A DNA stretch of 64,000 nucleotides from Candidatus Latescibacterota bacterium (lineage in GTDB: Bacteria > Latescibacterota > CBDCVA01), in assembly GCA_965222935.1 (NCBI GenBank), contig CBDCVA010000002.1, positions 738,422 to 802,421 on the forward strand. Direction: 5' to 3'. The notes under the pieces are model-generated. The model saw nothing but the letters and a program-made list of their open reading frames with translations. It was not told where the DNA came from and did no database searches. The position numbers were made by a program, and so were the translations under genes. Each line of letters opens with the position of its first letter. Position 1 is the first letter of the stretch. This document shows positions 1 to 10,371 of this stretch, one piece after another.

Positions 1-1550
1 GCGAGGCGGTCGCCATCGTGTTCCTATTCAGCTTCGCCAACCCGGTGCACGAACACCAGGCGGCTCAACGCCTCGGGAAGCTCGGTCTCCCTGTGACCGT
101 CTCGCACGAAGTCCTGCCCGAGTTCCGCGAAGTGGTGCGCACCAGCACCGCCGTCGCCGACGCCTATCTGGCGCCCAAGGTCGGCGCCTATCTACGTACT
201 CTGGGCGAGCGCGCGGCCCGCTGTGGTGCCGGGGGCATGCACATACTCCGTTCCGACGGATCCATCCTGGACGCAGCGGCCGCCGCGGCGCGTCCCATCA
301 CCACGGTTCTCTCTGGCCCTGCGGGCGGCGTGGTAGGTGCATGGACGGCCGCACGCGAGGCTGGGTTTGAGCGCATCATCTCCTTCGACATGGGAGGGAC
401 CTCAACCGACGTCAGCCTTTGCGACGGGGGCACGAGGCTCTCGACGGAGACGGAGGTGGGCGGCGTGCCCGTGGGCCTCTCGATGGTGGATGTCCATACT
501 ATCGGCGCGGGCGGAGGTTCGATCGCGTGGGTCGATTCCGGCGGGGCGCTGCGTGTCGGACCCAAGAGCGCCGGCGCTGACCCTGGTCCCGCCTGCTACG
601 GGGTAGGTGACGTGCCCACCGTCACCGACGCGAACCTGCTCCTGGGGCGGCTGGATGCGGGGCGCTTTCTCGGCGGCGCCATGACCCTGGATATCGAACG
701 CGCCAAGGCCGCTCTGGAGCGTCTGGGCGGCAAACTCGGGGGCGATGCCGAGAGCGCGGCCAAGGGCATCCTCGCCGTAGTGAACGCCAACATGGCCCGC
801 GCGCTCCACCGCGTCTCGTCGCATCGCGGGTACGATTCGGTAGATTTCGCGCTGGTGGCCCTGGGTGGCGCAGGAGGCCTCCACGCGGCCGCTTTGGCGA
901 AGGCTTTGGGGATGGGGAAAGTCATCATTCCGAGGCTCACCGGGGTGCTCTCGGCTTACGGCTCGGCCGTCGCGGAGCCCGCCGTCGAGCGCTCCCGCAC
1001 GGTCATGCTTCGCTCCGCTGGGCCCGAGCAACTGCTGGAGGCCTTCGAGGCCCTGGAGAATGAGTCCCTGCGCGCTCTGGCCGAGGGTGCAGTCGATGGC
1101 GCAGAACCGATTCTCAGCCGCTTCGCTGATTTGCGCTATCAGGGTCAGTCCTACGAGGTCCGCGTCCGGTCCGAACGCGATGACGATGCGGCAGGTCTGC
1201 GCGCCCGCTTCGAGGCGGAGTACGAGAGGCTCTTCGGCCACGTCCACGCGGATGAGCCGATCGAAGTCGTCACCGTGCGTGTACGCACAAGCCTCCCTTC
1301 TGGCTTATCCGGGCTGGGCCCTGCACCCCTGAGCGTGCGGGGGGCAAGCTCGGCCTGCCTGGACGAACGGAGCGTCATCTTCGACGAGCCCTGCGAAGCC
1401 GAGATCTATGACCGCGATCTCCTGGAGCCGGGCATGGCGTTCCCCGGTCCGGCACTGGTCGTCGAGGCGCACGCCACAACACTCGTACCCGACGGCATCT
1501 GGTGCCGCCTGGATGGCTTTGGTCATCTGATCCTGGATCTTGATGCGTAA
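1..1550 (+). CDS. hyuA: Hydantoinase/oxoprolinase subunit A family protein (5' truncated by window edge)
   Basis: Motifs LSGPAGGV, FDMGGTSTDV, IGAGGGSIA, GPKSAGADPGPACYG, PTVTDANL, DLRYQGQSYE; frame is open to base 3 (EAVAIVFLFSFANP). Confidence 0.9.
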   Translation, partial: EAVAIVFLFSFANPVHEHQAAQRLGKLGLPVTVSHEVLPEFREVVRTSTAVADAYLAPKVGAYLRTLGERAARCGAGGMHILRSDGSILDAAAAAARPITTVLSGPAGGVVGAWTAAREAGFERIISFDMGGTSTDVSLCDGGTRLSTETEVGGVPVGLSMVDVHTIGAGGGSIAWVDSGGALRVGPKSAGADPGPACYGVGDVPTVTDANLLLGRLDAGRFLGGAMTLDIERAKAALERLGGKLGGDAESAAKGILAVVNANMARALHRVSSHRGYDSVDFALVALGGAGGLHAAALAKALGMGKVIIPRLTGVLSAYGSAVAEPAVERSRTVMLRSAGPEQLLEAFEALENESLRALAEGAVDGAEPILSRFADLRYQGQSYEVRVRSERDDDAAGLRARFEAEYERLFGHVHADEPIEVVTVRVRTSLPSGLSGLGPAPLSVRGASSACLDERSVIFDEPCEAEIYDRDLLEPGMAFPGPALVVEAHATTLVPDGIWCRLDGFGHLILDLDA

Positions 1551-3360
1551 CCGGAGGGACGGCCCCACCACGGCGGAGAATCCGTCCGACGGAAGTTCCG
1601 CGGCTTGGATCGGTGAGACGAAGCTTGGGCGCGCCCTGGAATGGCTCATGCGCTTCGAGCGGAGCTTCGACGCGCTCGTAGGGGCAGGCATTGGTCTGTT
1701 GGGCGGCCTTGGCGCCGTGGGCTTCCGCGCGTTGGTGGATGGCTGCCAGAGGCTCTTCTTCGGCGAGTCGGCCGGCTTGATCGCTCTAGGCATGGGGACC
1801 CCCTGGTACCAACGCATCGCCATACCCGTGATCGGCGGGGCTATCGTCGGGCCGCTGGTCTATTTCTTCGCGCGGGAGGCCAAGGGCCACGGCGTCCCCG
1901 AGGTCATGGAAGCCGTGGCGTTGCGGGGCGGTCGAATTCGGAAGCGCGTTGTCGCCATCAAGGCGCTTGCGTCGGCCATCTGCATGGGCTCGGGTGGCTC
2001 CGTCGGCCGCGAGGGACCCATCGTTCAGATCGGCTCGGCCATCGCTTCGACCGTCGGTCAATTCCTGCGCGTCTCGCAGGACCGGCTCCGACTCCTGGTG
2101 GCTTGCGGTGCCGCCGCTGGGATAGCTGCGACCTTCAACGCACCATTGGCGGGCGCCATGTTCAGCGTCGAACTGATCCTTGGGGATTTCGCTCTGCGCA
2201 CCTTCAGCCCCATCCTCATCAGTTCGGTCCTCGCCACGGCGGTTTCACGTGAGATGTTGGGCGATTTCCCGGCCTTCCCCGTGCCGCCCTACGCCCTCGA
2301 GAATCCCGTGGAGCTAGGCTTCTACCTGATCCTGGGCTGCCTGGCAGCGCTGGTGGCCCTCGTCTTCGTCACGGTGCTGTACAGGTTCGAGGACCTTTTC
2401 GAGTTGATCCCACTGCCGGAGCCCACGAAGGCGGCGTTGGGCGGCGCACTCGTCGGCGCGATAGCGCTTGGGTATCCACACGTGTTCGGTATCGGCTACG
2501 GCACGATTGAAGCGACGCTCGGTAACGGCATGGCCTGGCGGCTCCTGCTCGCTCTCTTGATCTTCAAGATCCTGGCCGTCTCGATCACCATCGGCTCGGG
2601 CGGTTCCGGCGGCATCTTCGCACCGTCGCTGTTTCTGGGGGCGGTGCTCGGCGGCGCCTTCGGGACCGGGGTCCACGCTCTCTTTCCGACGATCACGGCA
2701 CTTCCGGGAGCCTACGCCCTGGTCGCCATGGGTGCCGTCGTCGCTGCCACCACCCACGGGCCGGTCACCGCGATCTTGATCCTCTTCGAGTTAACGGGTG
2801 ACTACCGGATCATCCTGCCTTTGATGATCGCCTGCACCACCAGCGCGCTCCTGGCGACGGCCCTCAGGCGTGAATCCATCTACACGCTCAAGCTACTGCG
2901 CCGGGGCGTGGAGATCCACCGCGGTGCCGAGGTCCACATCCTCAGTTCGTTGCGCGTCCGGGATATCGTGGATCGGGACGTGCCGCGCATTCTCTCTGAC
3001 ATGACCTTCAACCGGATGCTCACATTCGTCGGCACATCGACCCATACGACTTTCCCCGTCGTCAGCCGCTCAGGCGAGCTCGTCGGCACCGTCTCCCTCG
3101 AGGACCTCCGCGCGCTCCTGTCCGACCACGAGGGGCTGCCTCCCGATTTGATCCTCGTCCACGATCTGGCCCGCCACTTCCCACCGACGATCATTGAGGA
3201 CGATAACTTGGCAACAGCACTCGAAAGCATGGCCCAGCAAGACGTCGGCGCGCTCGTCGTCGTCGATGGCGCCGACCGCCGCCGCGTCGTCGGTATCCTG
3301 ACCCGTCGAGAATTGCTCGGCGCTTACAACCGTGTGCTCCTCCAGAGGGAGTTGGTGTGA
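1543..3360 (+). CDS. ClC family chloride channel / Cl-/H+ antiporter with C-terminal CBS pair
   Basis: GHGVPE, GREGP, GIAATFNAP and GGIFAPSL motifs; many TM helices; CBS-like tail (FPVV..GTVS, LVVV...GILTRRELL). Confidence 0.92.
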   Translation: MRNRRDGPTTAENPSDGSSAAWIGETKLGRALEWLMRFERSFDALVGAGIGLLGGLGAVGFRALVDGCQRLFFGESAGLIALGMGTPWYQRIAIPVIGGAIVGPLVYFFAREAKGHGVPEVMEAVALRGGRIRKRVVAIKALASAICMGSGGSVGREGPIVQIGSAIASTVGQFLRVSQDRLRLLVACGAAAGIAATFNAPLAGAMFSVELILGDFALRTFSPILISSVLATAVSREMLGDFPAFPVPPYALENPVELGFYLILGCLAALVALVFVTVLYRFEDLFELIPLPEPTKAALGGALVGAIALGYPHVFGIGYGTIEATLGNGMAWRLLLALLIFKILAVSITIGSGGSGGIFAPSLFLGAVLGGAFGTGVHALFPTITALPGAYALVAMGAVVAATTHGPVTAILILFELTGDYRIILPLMIACTTSALLATALRRESIYTLKLLRRGVEIHRGAEVHILSSLRVRDIVDRDVPRILSDMTFNRMLTFVGTSTHTTFPVVSRSGELVGTVSLEDLRALLSDHEGLPPDLILVHDLARHFPPTIIEDDNLATALESMAQQDVGALVVVDGADRRRVVGILTRRELLGAYNRVLLQRELV

Positions 3361-4118
3361 TCTCGGCGCGCGCCATCGCCTTCGACGTGGGCAACACGCT
3401 CCTGCTCAACCCCGAGCCGGAAACGGTCGCCCGCTGCGCTCCAGCCGTCGCCGCGCTCCTGGAGGCGCATGACTGCCCCTTCACCGAGGATGCCATCGCC
3501 CGCGACTGGCTCGCCGCTGATGCGCGGGTCAGCTATGCCTTTGCCTCTCATTTCCTCCAAGAGGAGCCGATTCTGCAGGGCTGGCTCCGGTCGGCGAACG
3601 TTCCGGGTACCGTTCGGGCCATCGTGGCTCCACACGTCGTCACGCTCTACCGCGAGGCCTTGCGCGAGCTTCTGACCGAGCGCGCCGACGAGGGCGCCTA
3701 TGCCGATCTCGCCGATATGTTGAACGACTTCCGGGACCGAGGCTTGCGCGTTGGGATCCTGAGCAACGATCGTGAATTTGCCACCGACGCGATTCTGGGC
3801 TGGATGGGCCTTGCGGACGCGTTCGATTTCGTGGTCAACTCAGAGCGTGTCGGCGCCGAGAAGCCCGACCCGACCATCTTCGCGGAGCTGGTCGAGGCAG
3901 CGGGCAGCGCGCCCGGTGAGATCATCTACGTTGGTGACGACCTCTCGCGCGACGTGGCGGGGGGCAGAGCGGCAGGGCTGGTGGTTGTCCTCTACAAACC
4001 GCCCGAGGCGATGCGCGTGACCACCGCCTGGCAGGACTACACGACCGGCGCGGCGCCCGCCGCCGTGATCGAGGACCTGTTGGAGTTGCGCGAGATGGTG
4101 AGCCTCGGGGGAGAGTGA
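3357..4118 (+). CDS. HAD-superfamily hydrolase
   Basis: Motif I FDVGNTL, motif II ILSN, motifs III/IV EKPDPTIF and YVGDDLSRDVAG; GTGA overlap with ClC stop. Confidence 0.88.
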   Translation: MISARAIAFDVGNTLLLNPEPETVARCAPAVAALLEAHDCPFTEDAIARDWLAADARVSYAFASHFLQEEPILQGWLRSANVPGTVRAIVAPHVVTLYREALRELLTERADEGAYADLADMLNDFRDRGLRVGILSNDREFATDAILGWMGLADAFDFVVNSERVGAEKPDPTIFAELVEAAGSAPGEIIYVGDDLSRDVAGGRAAGLVVVLYKPPEAMRVTTAWQDYTTGAAPAAVIEDLLELREMVSLGGE

Positions 4119-5587
4119 TGCCTCAGCCAGAGGACCGCCGCCCCAACCTCCTCTACATCCATTCGGACCAACACAATCCGACCGTGACCGGCTGCTACGG
4201 CGATCCGCTGGTGAAGACGCCCCACCTCGATGCCCTCGCCGCCCGAGGCGTCCTCCTGGAGAACGTCTACTGCCCTTCGCCCCTGTGCGTGCCGTCGCGC
4301 ATGTCGATGCTCACAGGCCGCCATCCCTTCGAGAATGAGGTCTGGACCAACGAGCATATCCTGGATTCCGCCATTCCCACCTCCGCCCACGCCATGGGCG
4401 CAGCCGGCTACCGTCCTCTCTTGATTGGACGGATGCATGCCATCGGCCCCGACCAACTCCACGGCTATGCCGAACGGCTGGTGGGCGATCACTGCCCCAA
4501 CCATCCCGGCGGCTCGCCCGTGGACCACGGGATGCTGACGGGGACGCAAGGGCCTGAGCGCATCAGCCTGAAGGAATCGGGTCCCGGGCAGAGTGCCTAC
4601 CAGGTGCACGATGAGTTCGTGACGGCGGCGACCGTGGACGTCCTGAATCGACTGGGCATCCGCAAGCGCGCCATCGGCATGAACGCGGAACCGTTCTCAA
4701 TCACCGTCGGGTTCATGCTTCCGCACCAGCCCTTCGTTGCCCGCCGCGAGGACTACGACCTCTACCGTGACGCCATGACGATGCCCCGCGTCCATGAGCC
4801 CTTCGGCGAATCGCTGCATTCCCACATCCGTTGGTGGCGCAAAACGTGTGGGATCGAGGAGGTGTCGAGCGAGGAGACCCTCCGCGCTCGCGCGGCCTAT
4901 TGGGGCCTGGTGACGGCGATGGACAGGATGATCGGTGAAATCCTCGATGCGCTGAGGCGCAACGATCTGGAGGAAAACACCCTGGTCGTCTACACGTCGG
5001 ATCATGGCGAGCAGGTCGGCGAGCACGGCCTTTGGTGGAAGCAGACCTTCTATGAGAACTCGGTTAGGGTCCCCGCGATACTGGCCTGGCCCGGCGTCCT
5101 GCCCTCGGGGAGGCGGTGCGCCCGCGTCGTGAGCTCCCTCGACCTGAACGCCACCATGCTGGATGCCCTCGGGGCCCCGCCGCTGCCAAGCTCCCGAGGC
5201 CGGAGCGCCCTGGAGCTCCTATGCTCACCGGACGCCGCATGGGACGATGTCGCCACGAGCGAGTACTGCACGGACGAGGGCTGCATTCACAGGATGATTC
5301 GTCGCGGCGACTGGAAGCTGAACTATTACCACGGCCAGGAGCCCCAGCTTTTCAACCTGCGCGGAGACCGCCCGGAGATCGACGACCGGGCGGCCGACCC
5401 CGTGTGCCAGGAGGTCCGGGAGAGCTTGACCGCCGAGCTTCTGGATGGCTGGGATCCCGGGGCCATCGCGCAGAAGATGGCGGCCAAGCGCGCGGATCTG
5501 GAGGTCCTCACGGCCTGGGCGCGCGGGATCGATCCGCCCGACCAGTACCGCTGGGACCTGCGCCCGGAGATGGATTCTCTGGACTGA
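4118..5587 (+). CDS. Sulfatase (formylglycine-dependent, choline-sulfatase-like)
   Basis: PNLLYIHSDQH, CVPSR..LTGR, YTSDHGE, WWKQTFYE; TGATG coupling with HAD gene. Confidence 0.92.
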   Translation: MPQPEDRRPNLLYIHSDQHNPTVTGCYGDPLVKTPHLDALAARGVLLENVYCPSPLCVPSRMSMLTGRHPFENEVWTNEHILDSAIPTSAHAMGAAGYRPLLIGRMHAIGPDQLHGYAERLVGDHCPNHPGGSPVDHGMLTGTQGPERISLKESGPGQSAYQVHDEFVTAATVDVLNRLGIRKRAIGMNAEPFSITVGFMLPHQPFVARREDYDLYRDAMTMPRVHEPFGESLHSHIRWWRKTCGIEEVSSEETLRARAAYWGLVTAMDRMIGEILDALRRNDLEENTLVVYTSDHGEQVGEHGLWWKQTFYENSVRVPAILAWPGVLPSGRRCARVVSSLDLNATMLDALGAPPLPSSRGRSALELLCSPDAAWDDVATSEYCTDEGCIHRMIRRGDWKLNYYHGQEPQLFNLRGDRPEIDDRAADPVCQEVRESLTAELLDGWDPGAIAQKMAAKRADLEVLTAWARGIDPPDQYRWDLRPEMDSLD

Positions 5588-5604
5588 ATGGGAGATTGGG
5601 ATCG

Positions 5605-6555
5605 ATGGCGTATTCAGAGGGCAAGAGACTCGCTGAGTTTTCGCGAGCGGTCAGGGAATCAAGCCTGAAGCGGCTTCGCCTTGTCCCTGCCGGGTTCGAG
5701 AACTGGAGACCCTCGCCGGACGCTATGACCTTCGCGGACCTGACGAAGCATCTGATCAATTCGGATCATTGGCTCTTCGAACTGCTGGAATCGGGGACGT
5801 TCGTGGATAACCAGGGTAGGCCGGGGCTAGTCGAGAGCGCCAGCCGCGAACGGTGTCGTCAGCTTCTCGATCAACTCGCAGATGTAGGCGAACTTCGCGC
5901 TTCCGTGCTGGAGGGCATGACGGAGCGCCAGCTTTCGGAGCGCATCTCTGACGACCGGCTTGGCGGGGAAGTCACCGCGTGGTGGGTTGTCGTGCGGGGC
6001 AATTTGGATCACGAGATACATCACCGGGGACAGATAGCCGCGTACCTGACGTATATCAACCGGCAAGTTGGGGCTTACACGGGCACATCTGCGCCTCGCG
6101 CTCCGTTTCAGGTTCTAGTTTTCCCATATCGTCTTCACCTGGGTGGTGAGATCGAGTACGCGGTGTTCAGGCGCGCTGATTTTCCTGGTGGCGTTTGGCA
6201 GGGCATCGCAGGTGGAGGGGAAGGTGAAGAGACGCCGCTGGCAGCCGCCAGGAGGGAAACGAACGAGGAGGCGGGGATACCCGACGACTCCTCATTCATT
6301 GCCCTGGATTCTGTGGCGACCATTCCAGTCGAACTTGTGGGAGGCTTTCTGTGGGGCGATGATGTATTGGTCGAGCCCGAATACTGCTTCGGTGTTCAGA
6401 TTCAACAAAATCAAGCGCTTATGCTATCCTCTGAACACACGGAATTCGAGTGGGTTGACTATAACTCTGCATTGGACCTTTTGAAGTGGGACAGCAATCG
6501 GCACGCCTTATGGGAACTCAATTTGCGACTCCGGAGAACGTTTGGAGGCACTTAA
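5605..6555 (+). CDS. DinB-family domain fused to NUDIX hydrolase
   Basis: N-half has DinB metal His pattern (LTKHL ... [10 protein letters not shown]); C-half has Nudix box [22 protein letters not shown] and SSEHTEFEW. Start placed at ATG 5605, not 5116. Confidence 0.8.
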   Translation: MAYSEGKRLAEFSRAVRESSLKRLRLVPAGFENWRPSPDAMTFADLTKHLINSDHWLFELLESGTFVDNQGRPGLVESASRERCRQLLDQLADVGELRASVLEGMTERQLSERISDDRLGGEVTAWWVVVRGNLDHEIHHRGQIAAYLTYINRQVGAYTGTSAPRAPFQVLVFPYRLHLGGEIEYAVFRRADFPGGVWQGIAGGGEGEETPLAAARRETNEEAGIPDDSSFIALDSVATIPVELVGGFLWGDDVLVEPEYCFGVQIQQNQALMLSSEHTEFEWVDYNSALDLLKWDSNRHALWELNLRLRRTFGGT

Positions 6556-6635
6556 CGGGCGCGCGAGCGGCCACCAAGTCGCACGCGGAGCACTTGAGGC
6601 GCTGATCACGGCCAACGCCTCTCAGCACATAGGGG

Positions 6636-8219
6636 ATGGAGATGCCTGACTTCGATCCCGTCCAGCTCACCCTCTGGAACCACTGGACGGCGGCGATCGC
6701 CGAGGAGATGGGTGAGGTGCTCATGCGCACCGCGTACTCGCCCAACATCAAGGAGCGGCGCGATTTCTCCTGCGCCGTCTTCGATCCGAGGGGCTGCCTC
6801 GTCGCCCAGGCGGCGCACATCCCGGTACACCTGGGCGCCATGCCCATGAGCCTTCAGGAGGCTATTGCGCGCTTCGAGTTGGGCCCCGATGATCTGGTGG
6901 TATCGAACGACCCCTTCGCCGGCGGCACGCACCTGCCCGACATCACCTTCGTGACACCGGTGACCATCGGCGGCTGCGTCGTCGCCTACGTCGCCTCGCG
7001 CGCGCACCATTCCGATGTGGGCGGTATCGCTCCCGGCTCGATGGGACTGGGGGCGGACATCTTCCAGGAGGGACTGCGCATCCCCCCAATGCGCTTTCGC
7101 CGTGGAGAGACCGAGGCCCTCTTCGAATGGGTGGCCGCCAACAGCCGCGCCCCCGACGAGCGACGCGGCGATCTGCGCGCCCAACTCGCCGCGAACGACC
7201 GCGGCGCCGCGAAGCTCGGGGCTTTGATCGAGCGTCACGGCGTCGAGGCCTGGCGGACCCACACGATCGAGATCCTCGCCTACGCCGAACGGCTGATGCG
7301 TGCGGCCATAGCCCGGATCCCCGATGGCAGCTACGGCTTCCAGGACGCCTTGGACGACAACGGTTTCGCAACCGAGCCCGTCCCCATTACCGCGACGATG
7401 ACGGTCGAGGGCGACGCGGTGCGCGTGGACTTCACGGGAAGCGCGCCCCAGCAAGCCGGTCCGGTGAACTGCCCCCTGGCCGTGACGCTCTCGGCGACCC
7501 TCTACGTCTTTCTCTGCCTGCTGGAGGCCGATTCACCCCACAACGAAGGCGCCTTCGCGCCGCTCACGGTCGTCGCGCCCGAGGGCACCGCCGTCAACGC
7601 GCGCTTCCCGGCCGCCGTCGCCGCTGGGAACGTGGAGACCAGCCAACGCATCGTGGACGTGCTCTTCGGGTGTCTGGGGCAGGCGCTCCCCGACCGCATC
7701 CCCGCTGCCTCCAGCGGCACCATGAGCAACGTCTCCATCGGCGGGATCGATCCCCGCACGGGGCGCCGCTTTGCCTACTACGAGACGATCGCGGGCGGCG
7801 CCGGTGCGGCGGACGGTCATCCCGGCGCCCCGGCCGTTCAGACCCACATGACCAACACGCAGAACACCCCCGTCGAGGCCCTGGAGTACACCTACCCCTT
7901 GCGCGTCGAGCGCTACGAGATTGCCCTGGGGTCCGGCGGGGGTGGACGCTACCCCGGCGGCGAGGGCGTCGTGCGCGAGTTGACCATGCTGGTCGATAGC
8001 ACGGTCTCGCTCCTCACCGACCGCCGCACGCGCGGCCCCTATGGTCTGGCCGGTGGCGGCGATGGAGGGGCCGGGGAGAACAACTATGTCCGGGAGGGGC
8101 GTCACTTCCGGCTGCGCCCCAAGGCTCAGGTGCAGATCTTCGCGGGCGAGGGGCTTTCGATCCGTACGCCCGGCGGCGGCGGCTGGGGAAGAGGCGAACC
8201 CGTCACCCTACAGCGTTGA
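6636..8219 (+). CDS. hyuB: Hydantoinase B / oxoprolinase family protein
   Basis: [61 protein letters not shown]. Confidence 0.92.
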   Translation: MEMPDFDPVQLTLWNHWTAAIAEEMGEVLMRTAYSPNIKERRDFSCAVFDPRGCLVAQAAHIPVHLGAMPMSLQEAIARFELGPDDLVVSNDPFAGGTHLPDITFVTPVTIGGCVVAYVASRAHHSDVGGIAPGSMGLGADIFQEGLRIPPMRFRRGETEALFEWVAANSRAPDERRGDLRAQLAANDRGAAKLGALIERHGVEAWRTHTIEILAYAERLMRAAIARIPDGSYGFQDALDDNGFATEPVPITATMTVEGDAVRVDFTGSAPQQAGPVNCPLAVTLSATLYVFLCLLEADSPHNEGAFAPLTVVAPEGTAVNARFPAAVAAGNVETSQRIVDVLFGCLGQALPDRIPAASSGTMSNVSIGGIDPRTGRRFAYYETIAGGAGAADGHPGAPAVQTHMTNTQNTPVEALEYTYPLRVERYEIALGSGGGGRYPGGEGVVRELTMLVDSTVSLLTDRRTRGPYGLAGGGDGGAGENNYVREGRHFRLRPKAQVQIFAGEGLSIRTPGGGGWGRGEPVTLQR

Positions 8220-8348
8220 CGTTTGCGGGACGGCCTCCTGGGGAGTCCGACGCGTGGGTGAAGAGGCTGGAGGTCGCAGGGCTTGGCGCTGCGTAACGCC
8301 CGGCATCGGCGCCGAGGCCACGGGCACTCGGTAGGTGCCTTGGCGGAA

Positions 8349-9143
8349 CTAGATAGGTCCTTCCCGGCGGCGGCGCGATGCTGCTACACTTATCCTTCCT
8401 ACGTGGTGCCCCATTGGAATCGCAACGAGATGCGAAACGCCGTACTTGTCCTGCAGACACCTTATGACTTCGTCTGGCTTCTTACGGTCGATGTCACAAT
8501 CAGCAAGCATGACCTCACGATAGGATGCCTCGAGCTTCTTCGGATCGCATAGTCCGTTGCACATACTGTGGACAAGTTCAGATTCCCGAAACTTGTCCAC
8601 CCGAGGTGAGAGTGAGTTGATGCAAAGCTGACCCTCTTCGCCAAGAGTGAGGATCACGGCATCAAGCTGATTCCGCCACGTATAGAATGCGCTTTCATGA
8701 AAGTAGTAGCAGGTTACGGTGTACACTAGCTCATTAATCCAGAGCGTCTCAGTGCCAAACAAAGTCGAGTGGAAACGTTTCTCGTGAAGCCCCGGGTCTA
8801 GCCCAGTACAGTGTAGCCAGACCACCCTGAAAGTCTTGCCTTGCGGATCGTGCTCAATCAGTTGCTCAACCGCCTCCTTGATTCTCCCGGACAGTGTGTT
8901 ACGAGAACCTAAGGGCGTGGACCTGCTGACGAGTTCACCCCGTGATAGCGCCTCGGAGTCTCTGGCTACCTCCTCAGCATCGTCGCCCTTGATCTTGAGC
9001 TCTATCGTATACTTGCTGTGCTTCCCGGCAACTTCGAAATCCGGCGTCTTGATTCCTTCCTGGAGCTCAATATCCGTGACTTCAAATCCAAACTGCCTGA
9101 GCCAATCCTTCGCTATCGGTTTGAACTCTGATTCGGTCGTCAT
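8349..9143 (-). CDS. Hypothetical protein, possible PD-(D/E)XK nuclease-fold
   Basis: ATG at 9143 preceded by AGGGGAG; KTPDF...IELKIK pattern; visibly lower GC than flanks. Confidence 0.6.
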   Translation of the reverse strand: MTTESEFKPIAKDWLRQFGFEVTDIELQEGIKTPDFEVAGKHSKYTIELKIKGDDAEEVARDSEALSRGELVSRSTPLGSRNTLSGRIKEAVEQLIEHDPQGKTFRVVWLHCTGLDPGLHEKRFHSTLFGTETLWINELVYTVTCYYFHESAFYTWRNQLDAVILTLGEEGQLCINSLSPRVDKFRESELVHSMCNGLCDPKKLEASYREVMLADCDIDRKKPDEVIRCLQDKYGVSHLVAIPMGHHVGRISVAASRRRREGPI

Positions 9144-9234
9144 GGCATACCACTCCCCTCTGCGCTTGGCCGTAACGGCCCGCCGCGCCTCTAGAACCGA
9201 AACGCTAACCATGCCCCAAATCGCCGGCTGCGGC

Positions 9235-10224
9235 TCACACCGCCTCCCGAGCGCAGACCTTCCCGGTGATCTCCAGGTGCCACGAGACCGCCTCTCCCGG
9301 CGCAATCTCCGACAGGGCCGAGCCATCCAGGGGCGGGTTGAGATCGTCCGAGCGGGCCGTCTGCGCCTCCATCGCGCAGCAGTAGGACTTGATCGGCGGC
9401 GAGAACTCCGACTCGGGGAACGGATAGCCCTGGTTGATCCATAGCCCCACGTACGGCACCCGCTCGACGGGGAAAGCGAGCTTCAGGCAATGACCCGTGG
9501 AGCGGTTGTAGTGGGCGCACCAGCCCTCGGAGAGCCGCTGCGGATAGGCCTTGAGCATTCGCCCCAGGCCGGGCGCCAGGTCCCTGGAGAGGTCCACACG
9601 GTTCCCCGCCCTGTCCGTCGCCACAGGCCAGCCCGCCTCTTCGCCGGGATCGCCCAGCCAATCGCTGTAGGTGGTGGTCATCATCACGCGGTCCACTTCG
9701 GAGGGGAAGATCAACTCGACCGACGGGCTGAGCGGCTTGATGAGGTGTCCCGCCCAGATGTACTTGAGCGCCGTATCGCCATCGCTGGTGAGCCGGTACG
9801 CCAGCCGCAGCGTTTCGGGTCCGCTGAAGGAGGCCTCGCGCTCCAGAGTGAACGGGAAGCGTGGATCGCGGGCACGGCACCAGAGCGCGTCACCGCGCAC
9901 CTCCCAGTCCCAAGCCAGGCCCCAGAGCGATCCGTGGTCGGGCGCCGCTACCCCCTTGTGGGGGCCGTCGGGATAGACCACCTCGTTCACGGTCGGAAAG
10001 CACTCGTCCAGCCCCGACATGTCACGCAGCAGGTAGTTCTCGCCGTACGCCGCCTGGACCGTTCCCTTGCGCGGGTCCTGCCAGAAGTACTCGTGGCCAT
10101 CGCGCTTGCTCGTGAGCGAGCGCACCTTCGCGCCGTTCCAGGGTTCGATCTGGACCGCGAGCGCGTCCGATTCCAGGAGCACCACGGGGTGTCCCGCCAC
10201 CATCCGGGTCTCGATCTTGGGCAT
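9235..10224 (-). CDS. Aldose 1-epimerase / galactose mutarotase-like protein
   Basis: GAKVRSL, SGLDECFPT, PDHGSLW, YIWAGH, PYVGLWIN..; RBS AAAGGAG upstream. Confidence 0.75.
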   Translation of the reverse strand: MPKIETRMVAGHPVVLLESDALAVQIEPWNGAKVRSLTSKRDGHEYFWQDPRKGTVQAAYGENYLLRDMSGLDECFPTVNEVVYPDGPHKGVAAPDHGSLWGLAWDWEVRGDALWCRARDPRFPFTLEREASFSGPETLRLAYRLTSDGDTALKYIWAGHLIKPLSPSVELIFPSEVDRVMMTTTYSDWLGDPGEEAGWPVATDRAGNRVDLSRDLAPGLGRMLKAYPQRLSEGWCAHYNRSTGHCLKLAFPVERVPYVGLWINQGYPFPESEFSPPIKSYCCAMEAQTARSDDLNPPLDGSALSEIAPGEAVSWHLEITGKVCAREAV

Positions 10225-10296
10225 CGCAGGCTCCTTTCACCGTCCGTCAACATCCTCCGTCGAAATAGCGTCCCGATCGAGGCTCTTTTCTCCGCA

Positions 10297-10341
10297 CAAA
10301 AAGCAAGGGCGACGAGAATCGCGCTGACCCCGCCGCCCTCC
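10297..10341 (-). terminator. Probable intrinsic terminator
   Basis: On minus strand: GGGCGGCG...CGTCGCCC stem followed by TTGCTTTTT, just after the 10372 stop. Confidence 0.55.
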
Positions 10342-10371
10342 GAAAAGACGCTTGGATGCGTCTATCCGCTT

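Noticed and set aside
5116-5604. N-terminal 163 aa of the 479-aa ORF 5116..6555
   Set aside because: Overlaps the sulfatase in another frame and is Arg/Pro/Gly-rich shadow sequence; protein-like sequence starts at ATG 5605.
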